The notes under the pieces were generated by a model. The model worked only from the letters and a program-made list of their open reading frames with translations. It searched no databases and was not told the origin of the DNA. A stretch of 64,000 nucleotides of DNA from Pseudomonadota bacterium (lineage in GTDB: Bacteria > UBA10199 > 2-02-FULL-44-16 > JAAZCA01): NCBI GenBank assembly GCA_043798915.1, contig JAZDOG010000020.1:7281-71280 (forward strand), read 5' to 3'. Position 1 is the first letter of the stretch. Each line of letters opens with the position of its first letter. The translations under genes were made by a program, and so were the position numbers. Positions 38,518 to 46,700 of the stretch are shown in pieces.

Positions 38518-39303
38518 TCAGGCCTTTTCGGCCAGGACTGTCCATGACATGTCATTGCAATGAACCAGTCTGATGTTTTTCAAGGGCAGCCCTTCCGTGA
38601 GGCCGAGGACCTCGTCCCTCTTCCAGTAGTGGCAAATGCTTGGAATGAGCTGGTCAAAAACAATTCCCTCCACATTTCTGAAGGGCATCTGTTGTAAATG
38701 GCGGAAGTATTCTTCTTTATTGGGAAATAACAAATATAGCTTCAATATGCAGGCAAGCATTTTTGCGAGCAGGTGATTCAACATGGGCGGCATTCGCGAC
38801 GTAAGGTGAATTCTCAATGGGTCAAAAAGCTTCACGTACGTTTCATTTCCTTCATAGGCATACACGTATACGATTAAAGCGCCTCCTCTTTTCAAAGCGC
38901 GCACTAGGTTCTCCAGCGCCCGGCGAGGGTCCGCCAGGCAATGGACCACGCCGATTGAAAAGACTATGTCGAACCTGTCCTGGAAATCGATGTCATAGAT
39001 CGATCGAAAGGCAACCTCGCAGTTGGAAAAGCCTTCCAGATTGCTTTTTGCCGCGGCCACCGTCCTGTGATCGTGATCGAACGCATAGCCGGAAGCAGCC
39101 CCGGCTTTGAGGGCAAAGAAGCTGTTGCGCCCGTTCCCGCAGCCGGCATCCATAAAGCTCTTTCCCTTGAATATGGAGGGGTAGAGGCCTCCGGACCAGC
39201 GCCGGAACTGCTCTTCATTGATCGGCATGATTTCTCTAAATAAATTCCACTCGTAGCCGAACTGTTTTTCGGTTCCAATCGGATGGTCGCTGTTTTTTTT
39301 CAT
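38518..39303 (-). CDS. Class I SAM-dependent methyltransferase
   Basis: Motif I 'FMDAGCGNGRNS'; 'FDIVFSIGVVHCL', 'ALKRGGALIVYVY'. Confidence 0.7.
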   Translation of the reverse strand: MKKNSDHPIGTEKQFGYEWNLFREIMPINEEQFRRWSGGLYPSIFKGKSFMDAGCGNGRNSFFALKAGAASGYAFDHDHRTVAAAKSNLEGFSNCEVAFRSIYDIDFQDRFDIVFSIGVVHCLADPRRALENLVRALKRGGALIVYVYAYEGNETYVKLFDPLRIHLTSRMPPMLNHLLAKMLACILKLYLLFPNKEEYFRHLQQMPFRNVEGIVFDQLIPSICHYWKRDEVLGLTEGLPLKNIRLVHCNDMSWTVLAEKA

Positions 39304-39444
39304 GTTTCTCGCTTTTTTCGGTTTCTTTATGCAAAATCTAGAGTAATACTGCTGAATTGATACAGCTCATCCGTAAATGTAGCAAAAACTCAGTGTTATG
39401 AAAAGAACTTTATAATATAAAACAGAACATTATCAAGCACACCC

Positions 39445-40431
39445 ATGCCAGCGGCAAAAAAAATATTGATAAACGGCGGCGTCGGCTTCATCGGGTATCA
39501 CCTCTCCAAAAAGCTCCTGGACGATGGCCACGATGTCGTCATCTACGATGCCTTTATAAATTATATCCCGGCGGATAAAAGCACATATGCGCTTTATCTG
39601 CATGCTCGTCTGGCCGATCTGGACAAGCGCGTTGAGATCATCAGGGGCGATATAAAAGATGTCGATCATCTGATAAAGACCATCAAAGAACACAGGCCGG
39701 AGGTTTTGATAAATCTGGCTGCCGTTCCGATCGCCACGGCGTCCAATGAAATGCCCTGGGAGCTGATCGAGGTGAATCTCGAGGGCACCATTGCAATTTT
39801 GGACGCTATCCGGTCGACCGATTCGGTGAGGCGTTTCGTCTATACCTCCTCGAGCTTTGTCTATGGCAATTTTAAAAAGGAACCGGCGGATGAAAACCAC
39901 ATCACGGAACCGATAGATATTTACGGTGGCACAAAGCTGGCGGGGGAGATCCTGACAAAAACCATAGGAAAAAAATTTGGCATCGAATATACAATCATCA
40001 GGCCGTCTGCGGTGTACGGGCCGACCGACGCCAACCGGCGGGTGACGCAAATATTTGTGGAGAATGCCCTGAGCGGCAAACCCCTGATTTTGCACGACGG
40101 CGGTTCGGGCAGGCTGGATTTCTCCTGTGTGATGGATGTGGCGGACGGGTTTGCCCTGGCGGCCCTTTCTCCAAAGGCCAGAAACGAGACATTCAACATC
40201 ACCTGTGGCGAGGGCCGCAGCATGAGGAGCTTCGCCGAAATTTTGCAAAGGCTGGTCCCTGGCGTAAAAATTATCGAGCGGCCTTCCGATGACATCAGGC
40301 CGGAACGAGGGGCCCTGGATATCTCCAAGGCCAGAAGATTGTTGGGGTACAATCCCAAATATCCGCTCGAAAAGGGAATGGAAGAATATGTCAGATATGT
40401 GAAGGATTCCGGCATACTGTCAAAATTATGA
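39445..40431 (+). CDS. NAD-dependent epimerase/dehydratase (extended SDR) acting on a nucleotide sugar
   Basis: N-terminal 'ILINGGVGFIGYHL' GxxGxxG; catalytic 'YGGTK' (YxxxK); 328 aa. Confidence 0.85.
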   Translation: MPAAKKILINGGVGFIGYHLSKKLLDDGHDVVIYDAFINYIPADKSTYALYLHARLADLDKRVEIIRGDIKDVDHLIKTIKEHRPEVLINLAAVPIATASNEMPWELIEVNLEGTIAILDAIRSTDSVRRFVYTSSSFVYGNFKKEPADENHITEPIDIYGGTKLAGEILTKTIGKKFGIEYTIIRPSAVYGPTDANRRVTQIFVENALSGKPLILHDGGSGRLDFSCVMDVADGFALAALSPKARNETFNITCGEGRSMRSFAEILQRLVPGVKIIERPSDDIRPERGALDISKARRLLGYNPKYPLEKGMEEYVRYVKDSGILSKL

Positions 40432-41537
40432 TCCCATTATCCGTCATAGACGTAGGGGACGAGGAGCTGAGGGCCGTAAAAGAGGTGCTCGATTCAGGCT
40501 GGTTGACCGAGGGCGTCAAAAACAGGGAATTTGAAGAACGATTCGCCGAATATATAGGCGTCAAAAAGGCGGTCGCCCTGAATTCCTGCACTTCGGCACT
40601 TTTCCTGGCTGTCAAAGCCCTGAATATCACAGGGGAAGTCATTTTGCCCAGCTTCACATTTGTCGCCTCCGCCAACGCAGTGGTCACGGCTGGGGCCATG
40701 CCGGTTTTTGCCGACGTGAATTACGAGACGTGCAATATCGACCCACACGACATAGAGAAAAAAATCACCAAAAGGACGCAAGCGATCATGCCGGTCCATT
40801 TTGGCGGTCTCCCGGCCGAGATGGAAGCGATCGTCGGGATAGCCCGGAAACATAATTTGCGCATCATCGAGGATTCCGCTGAGACTATCGGCGGTGAATA
40901 CGGCGGAAAAAAAACCGGCAGCTATGACATAGGTTGCTTCTCTTTCTTTCCAACCAAAAGCATGACCACTGGAGAGGGGGGCATGCTGACCACCGGCGAC
41001 GCCGATCTCTCGGAGAAGATAAAAACACTGGCAGGTCATGGTGTTTCAAAAGGCGATCATAAAAACAAAAAAGGGGAAAAGCCGTGGTCCAGGGAGGCTG
41101 TTCTTGCGGGCTACAATTTCCGGATGAGCGATATCCTCGCCGCCATAGGTGTCGAGCAGCTCAAAAAAATTGAAAAAATGAACAGCCTGAGGAGACAGCA
41201 TGCAGGATATTTGACTGCTGGCCTTGCCGGGCTGGGCATCGATCTGCCGGTGGAGAGCGCCGGCTGCAGGCACGTCTATCAGATGTACACTGTTAAAACG
41301 GGCAGAGAAAGAGACCGGGTTGTTTTGAGGTTGAGGGAAATGGGCGTGGGCGCGTCCGTTCATTTTGATCCGCCGGCTCACCTGCAGCCGTATTACATGG
41401 ATAACTTCGGATGCAGGAGGGGCGACCTGCCGGCAACCGAGCGATTGGCGGACTCTATATTGACCCTGCCGATGTATCCGCAGATGAAAAGGCCGGATCT
41501 CGATTTTATAATCTCCGCCATGAAGGAGGTCCTGTGA
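40428..41537 (+). CDS. DegT/DnrJ/EryC1/StrS-family PLP-dependent sugar aminotransferase (ArnB/Per-like)
   Basis: 'DSGWLTEG', 'ALNSCTSAL', 'FSFFPTKSMTTGEGGM' (Lys in the FxxK motif); 4-nt overlap with the upstream epimerase. Confidence 0.85.
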   Translation: MIPLSVIDVGDEELRAVKEVLDSGWLTEGVKNREFEERFAEYIGVKKAVALNSCTSALFLAVKALNITGEVILPSFTFVASANAVVTAGAMPVFADVNYETCNIDPHDIEKKITKRTQAIMPVHFGGLPAEMEAIVGIARKHNLRIIEDSAETIGGEYGGKKTGSYDIGCFSFFPTKSMTTGEGGMLTTGDADLSEKIKTLAGHGVSKGDHKNKKGEKPWSREAVLAGYNFRMSDILAAIGVEQLKKIEKMNSLRRQHAGYLTAGLAGLGIDLPVESAGCRHVYQMYTVKTGRERDRVVLRLREMGVGASVHFDPPAHLQPYYMDNFGCRRGDLPATERLADSILTLPMYPQMKRPDLDFIISAMKEVL

Positions 41538-41539
41538 TT

Positions 41540-42448
41540 GTGGACGACCATCGGAAATTCAACATGCCTTATGTTGTAGTCTTTGTGCCCGCGCACAACG
41601 AGGAGGGCTCGATCGGTCGGGTGATCGAGGCGATCGATAAGAGTTACCGCGGCGATGCCCCCCGCGACTATGTTTTGGATATCGTGGTGGTGGACGACGG
41701 ATCCAGCGATGAGACTGCACGGATAGCCAGGCAGATGAAGGTCAAGAGGGTCATCAGCCATCCGTACAATAGGGGTCTGGGGGCGGCCACAAGGACCGGG
41801 ATGCAGGTCGCCTATGAGATGGAAGCGGATGTCGCCGTCAAGATAGACGCCGACTTTCAACACGATCCTGAGGATATCGAGCGCGTTATCCGTCCGATTC
41901 TTGAGGACAGGGCTGACTGCGTGTTCGGCTCAAGATTTCTCGGGGGCCTTCAATACAAGATGCCATTGTACCGCTCTCTGGGGAATAAATTTTTCGGCTG
42001 GATGACGGGCACGATCATCAAGCAAAAGGTCACGGACGGGCAGACCGGCCTGATGGCATTCAACAGGAGATATCTTTCGAGATTCACAATTTTAAGGGAT
42101 TACAACGAAACCCAGCAGCTGATCATAGATTCCTGGGGGAAGGGCATGAGGGTCATAGAGGTCTCGGTGCTGTTTCACAAGCGCGTTTCCGGACAATCAT
42201 TTATCTCCTGGAAATATCCCCTTGAAGTCATCCCTTCGATTCTAAGGGCCTGCGCGCATGCAAACCCTTTAAGGGTATTCCTGACTCTGGGGCTTGCGGT
42301 GACGCTGACCGGAGTGCTCATCGCTGCCGCGTGGATCTCCGGCTTGACTCGGTTTCCTGGAGATGCCGCCGCCTCGATACTGATCGTCGTGGGGGCGCAG
42401 ATAATCCTTTTTGGTTTTCTTGCCGATATCATCAAATTCAATCGCTAG
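41540..42448 (+). CDS. GT2 polyprenyl-phosphate aminosugar/sugar synthase (ArnC/GtrB-like) with C-terminal TM helices
   Basis: GTG start after a GAAGGAGG RBS; 'VVFVPAHNEEGSI', 'VVVDDGSSDETA', 'DADFQHDP'; C-terminal hydrophobic helices. Confidence 0.75.
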   Translation: MDDHRKFNMPYVVVFVPAHNEEGSIGRVIEAIDKSYRGDAPRDYVLDIVVVDDGSSDETARIARQMKVKRVISHPYNRGLGAATRTGMQVAYEMEADVAVKIDADFQHDPEDIERVIRPILEDRADCVFGSRFLGGLQYKMPLYRSLGNKFFGWMTGTIIKQKVTDGQTGLMAFNRRYLSRFTILRDYNETQQLIIDSWGKGMRVIEVSVLFHKRVSGQSFISWKYPLEVIPSILRACAHANPLRVFLTLGLAVTLTGVLIAAAWISGLTRFPGDAAASILIVVGAQIILFGFLADIIKFNR

Positions 42449-42462
42449 ATGGGAAAGGCGGA

Positions 42463-43839
42463 ATGAACATGAAGTTTTTTTCAACAAGACAGGGGATGAT
42501 CGTTTTTGTTCTGGGGTTCCTCATGGTGATGGTGATGGCCTTTTGCTTCAGGTGGGCGCCCATTTACGATGCTGCGCAATACGAACATCTCGGCTGGAAC
42601 CTCTCGCAGGGGAACGGGCTTTCAAATTCCATCGCGCCGCCCTTTGTTCTGACGGCCGATCGCGAGCCTCTGTACCCGTTTTTTATCAGCATCATTTACA
42701 GAATATTCGGGCGCCATTACGGGTGTGTCTATATTGCGCAGGGTTTCCTCGTCGCCCTCTCCTCCTTGTTGACATTCAAGCTGGCCGGGCGCTTTTTTTG
42801 CCAGCGCATAGCCTTCCTGGCCGGCATCCTTGTGGCGGCAGACCCCACCATCTCGGGTTTTGCCGGCCAGTTCTGGACAGAGTCGCTTGCTCTTTTTCTC
42901 CTGATCTCCTTCATCTATATGATGGCTGTCTTCAAGGAAGAGCGTCCATTTCTCTTTGCGCTATCAGGAGGCGCGCTGATTGGCCTTCTGACTCTTTGCC
43001 GCGCCGTGTTTATGCTCATGCCTCTGGCCGTTGCGGCGTTGTTGATCTTTTCAAAACATCAGCCGTTGAAAAAGCGGCTGCTTCAGGTTGTCGCGCTGAT
43101 GGCCGCCTTCACAATTATCGTGGGGCCCTGGATATATCGAAACAAAAAGGAATTCAATGTTCCGTCCATCACGACTCGCTCTGGCCATCTGCTTCTGTGG
43201 CGGGCCTTGAGGACAGAGTACACGCCGAAGGATATGCTGATACATCTTTCATATGGTGCCTCCGACACTCTGGGACGCAGGCTTTTTCCCGGTGAATATT
43301 CACGGATGTCGGTGAGGGGTGTCTGGGGGCCTGAAAATATATATGAGAAGGGCGCAAGGATGTATCTTGACTATCTTGCCAGGGGGTATTCCGAATTTGA
43401 AGCGGATCGCATGCTTCAACTCGAAGCCGTCAATATTATCAAAAAGCACCCGGCCATGTATGTGCTTCAGTCCTTTCTGGAATTGTGGAAGCTTTCTTTC
43501 TTTGAAGTCGTCCCTTTTGCATATTCAGACAAGTACAAACAGCTGATGCAGGGCGGGGCAACATTTTATGTCATAGGAAAAATGCTTCGCGTGGGGCTTC
43601 GTTATTATTACTCATGGCTGATCATCGCCCTGGCTGCTGTGGGTTTAATCAGAGGCCACCGCAGTCTGGATGGCAGGAAATCGGTATTTCTGCTGCCGAT
43701 AGTTTATGTGATTATCACCGCCATGCCTTTAAATGCCGGCCCGAGATACCTGTGTCCGGCCCTGCCATTTATCATGATCTTTGCCGCAGCGGCGTTTTTT
43801 GATCAAGACCTGTCCGGTTTTAAGGAGCGTAGCCCGTAA
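42463..43839 (+). CDS. GT-C superfamily membrane glycosyltransferase (ArnT-like)
   Basis: ATG at 42463 (MNMKFFSTRQG...). Paralog of 34871..36295; completes an aminotransferase / GT2 / GT-C triad. Confidence 0.6.
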   Translation: MNMKFFSTRQGMIVFVLGFLMVMVMAFCFRWAPIYDAAQYEHLGWNLSQGNGLSNSIAPPFVLTADREPLYPFFISIIYRIFGRHYGCVYIAQGFLVALSSLLTFKLAGRFFCQRIAFLAGILVAADPTISGFAGQFWTESLALFLLISFIYMMAVFKEERPFLFALSGGALIGLLTLCRAVFMLMPLAVAALLIFSKHQPLKKRLLQVVALMAAFTIIVGPWIYRNKKEFNVPSITTRSGHLLLWRALRTEYTPKDMLIHLSYGASDTLGRRLFPGEYSRMSVRGVWGPENIYEKGARMYLDYLARGYSEFEADRMLQLEAVNIIKKHPAMYVLQSFLELWKLSFFEVVPFAYSDKYKQLMQGGATFYVIGKMLRVGLRYYYSWLIIALAAVGLIRGHRSLDGRKSVFLLPIVYVIITAMPLNAGPRYLCPALPFIMIFAAAAFFDQDLSGFKERSP

Positions 43840-43855
43840 GGGCTATGTCTGATTC

Positions 43856-44608
43856 ATGATATTCATAATCCTTCCCGCCTACAATGAAGAGAAACATGTT
43901 TCATCTCTGCTTCAAATGATCGACTTGAGTCTAAAGGAATACAGCCATGAATATAAGGCCATTTTAGTGGATGATGGTTCAACGGATGACACGGTCAAGA
44001 TCGCAAGATCGTTTGGGGGGCTGATGCCTGTCGCGGTCATTTCCCACGACAAAAATATGGGATTGGGTGAGGCCATCAAAACGGGTCTCGTTCATGTCGT
44101 TCAAGCGGCTGTTGACAATGATGTCATAATCACGATGGACGCGGACAACACACACGCCGCCGGCCTCATCATGCGCTTGAACCGCAATATCTGGGAGGGA
44201 TGCGATGTGGTGATTGCCTCTCGCTATGTAAAGGGGGCTCAGGTCATTGGGGTCCCGCTCTCAAGAGGGTTCTTGAGCCTTGGGGCGAACATTTTGTTAA
44301 GAGTCCTTTTTCATATTCGAGGGATACGGGATTACACATGTGGTTACCGTGCTTATCGGGTCTCTTTATTGAAGAAGGCGTTTGAAAAATACGGCGATAT
44401 ATTCGTATCGGAATCGGGATTTTGCTGCCAGATAGACATCCTGCTTAAATTGAGGGCATTTCAGCCTGTTATCAGCGAGGTGCCTATCATCTTAAGGTAT
44501 GACCATCGCAAGGCCATATCGAAAATGAATGTAAAACAAACGATCAAGGACACATTAAAGTTAATATCCAAACAATTCTTCAAAACCAGCCACCATTCCG
44601 ATCAATAA
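43856..44608 (+). CDS. GT2 glycosyltransferase (Dpm1-like, soluble, 250 aa)
   Basis: 'IILPAYNEEKHV', 'LVDDGSTDDT', 'DADNTH' DXD region; no TM anchor. Confidence 0.75.
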   Translation: MIFIILPAYNEEKHVSSLLQMIDLSLKEYSHEYKAILVDDGSTDDTVKIARSFGGLMPVAVISHDKNMGLGEAIKTGLVHVVQAAVDNDVIITMDADNTHAAGLIMRLNRNIWEGCDVVIASRYVKGAQVIGVPLSRGFLSLGANILLRVLFHIRGIRDYTCGYRAYRVSLLKKAFEKYGDIFVSESGFCCQIDILLKLRAFQPVISEVPIILRYDHRKAISKMNVKQTIKDTLKLISKQFFKTSHHSDQ

Positions 44609-44637
44609 AGGCTCGAAGGCGATAAAAAACGAAACAT

Positions 44638-45558
44638 ATGAATGAAAAAAATCTAAAATGTCCTGTTTGTAATTCTAAAAATATAATCATCAAATATAGA
44701 GAAGGGAAAGAAAAACCAAGCTTGGAGATAGGGTATGCCCGTGCCGGGGTAATTTCAGAATTATATAAATGCAAAGGATGCGGTGTTAAATTCACAAATG
44801 TTTTAATTAATTTTGATAAAAATATTTATGCTTCTGGCAATGATGTAATTTATAAAAGATCGGAGCGTGCCAGAAAGTTAACATTTAAAAAAGATATTGA
44901 AAACCTCTTAAAGAAATTTAGAGGCGCAAAGGGAGGTATTTTAGACGTCGGCTGCGGACCGGGCTATTTTTTAGAAATTGTTAAAGAAAAAGGATTTAAG
45001 GCCGATGGGATTGATCTTTCAACTGCAGATTGTGCCGAAGCCAATTCAAAAGGATTGAACGTTTATTGCACAGATTTCATGAATTTCTGTGAAAAGAATA
45101 AAGACAAAAAATATGATTTAATTACAATGTGGGATTTTATAGAACACGTTGAAAATCCTCAAGAGGTAATGGTTAATTGTCATAATATTCTTAATATTGA
45201 CGGCAAATTAGTAATAAGCACGCCTGACGCAGGAAGTTTATTTGCAAAAATAATGGGCAGAAGATGGTGGAATCTTCTGAGCATGCATCTATTATATTTT
45301 AATAAAAGAAGCATAAAATACCTTCTTGAAAACAATGGATTCAGGGTTTTGGATATTGGATCTTATTCCAGGATTTTAAATATCAAGCATGGTTTAAATT
45401 GGTTAAACAGATATCCTGGTTTGTTTAAAATTGCAGAGTTCTTTATAGCTTTATTGGGAATAGATAAGCTTAATCTGCCTCTTAATTTCTTTGATAGCAT
45501 GATAGTCTACGCTGAGAAGAAAGAACCGCTATCCAAGCAAGGCCATCTTGCGCTTTAA
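44638..45558 (+). CDS. Class I SAM-dependent methyltransferase with N-terminal Zn-ribbon (CPVC...CKGC); strikingly AT-rich gene
   Basis: Motif I 'ILDVGCGPGYFL'; 'YDLITMWDFIEHV', 'LNIDGKLVISTPD'. Base composition is much more AT-rich than its neighbours. Confidence 0.7.
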   Translation: MNEKNLKCPVCNSKNIIIKYREGKEKPSLEIGYARAGVISELYKCKGCGVKFTNVLINFDKNIYASGNDVIYKRSERARKLTFKKDIENLLKKFRGAKGGILDVGCGPGYFLEIVKEKGFKADGIDLSTADCAEANSKGLNVYCTDFMNFCEKNKDKKYDLITMWDFIEHVENPQEVMVNCHNILNIDGKLVISTPDAGSLFAKIMGRRWWNLLSMHLLYFNKRSIKYLLENNGFRVLDIGSYSRILNIKHGLNWLNRYPGLFKIAEFFIALLGIDKLNLPLNFFDSMIVYAEKKEPLSKQGHLAL

Positions 45559-46668
45559 TATCTTAAGGATCCTCTCGCATGCCCTTCCATCCCCAAAAGG
45601 ATTCTTGCCGGTCGTTTTCGGGGGTCTATCCAGCCACTTCATGGCCAATGCAACGATGTCATCTTTTTTCGTTCCGACGATCCGCCCCATGCCGGAGGCT
45701 GCGAGCTCCGGGCGTTCAGTCCTTTTCCTCATCACTATCACGGGCACCCCAAATGACGGCGCCTCTTCCTGTATCCCGCCTGAATCCGTGAGCACGAGAG
45801 CGGAACGCGCGAGCAGATATAGCAGCGGTTCGTATTCCAATGGTTCTACCAGATAGAGATGTTCGTGGTCAGAGAGTATCTTTCTCACAGTCCCGCGCAC
45901 ATTGGGGTTTGGATGGACGGGAAATACGCATCTGATGTCACAGCGGCTTTCTAAAAGTGAATGGATGGCATGGCAGATGGATTCCAGTTCCTTTCCAAAG
46001 CTCTCCCTCCTGTGGGCAGTTATGAGCACCAGCTTGCCGAAGGATTTTCCTGTCAGATTCAATTTGTACCTGTCCATGAAAAAATCGGTCCATTTTTTAC
46101 TTTTCTTGGTGTCTTGAAGGCGGCGATTAATATATTTCAAGGAATCGACGACTGTATTGCCTGTCACAAATATTCGCTTGGATGAAATGCCCTCGTTCAA
46201 AAGGTTCTGCTTCGCGATACTTGTCGGCGCGAAGCAGATGTCGGCCAGGCGGTCGATAAGAACTCTATTGATCTCCTCAGGAAATGGGTTGTCGAAATGG
46301 AAGGAACGCAGGCCCGCCTCCACGTGGGCGATTGGGATGCCCTTGTAGGCGGCAGCGATCGCTGTCATCACGGCTGTTGTGGTGTCGCCATGGACGATCA
46401 CTAAAGAAGGCCTGGTCTTATCCAGGAAGGGCCCTAGCTGACCGAGGGCTCGGCTTGAGAATCTGGTCAGATCTTGATCGTCCTCCATTAAGTCGAAATC
46501 GATATCAGGTTTGATCTCAAAGAGGTCGAGCACCTGATCCAGCAGATGACGATGCTGGGACGTGACGCAGACCGTAGTTAGGAATGACCTCTCCCTTTTT
46601 AATTTGAGAATCAGAGGGGCCAGCTTGATGGCCTCAGGCCTTGTGCCAAAGACGAAACATATCTTCAT
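45529..46668 (-). CDS. wecB: UDP-N-acetylglucosamine 2-epimerase (non-hydrolysing, WecB/MnaA family)
   Basis: 'MKICFVFGTRPEAIKLAPL', 'HVEAGLRS', 'DSGGIQEEAPSFGVPV' family signatures. Confidence 0.85.
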   Translation of the reverse strand: MKICFVFGTRPEAIKLAPLILKLKRERSFLTTVCVTSQHRHLLDQVLDLFEIKPDIDFDLMEDDQDLTRFSSRALGQLGPFLDKTRPSLVIVHGDTTTAVMTAIAAAYKGIPIAHVEAGLRSFHFDNPFPEEINRVLIDRLADICFAPTSIAKQNLLNEGISSKRIFVTGNTVVDSLKYINRRLQDTKKSKKWTDFFMDRYKLNLTGKSFGKLVLITAHRRESFGKELESICHAIHSLLESRCDIRCVFPVHPNPNVRGTVRKILSDHEHLYLVEPLEYEPLLYLLARSALVLTDSGGIQEEAPSFGVPVIVMRKRTERPELAASGMGRIVGTKKDDIVALAMKWLDRPPKTTGKNPFGDGRACERILKILKRKMALLG

Positions 46669-46700
46669 AGCTCAAAATCTCTTTCTAAAGGCCATCTTCA

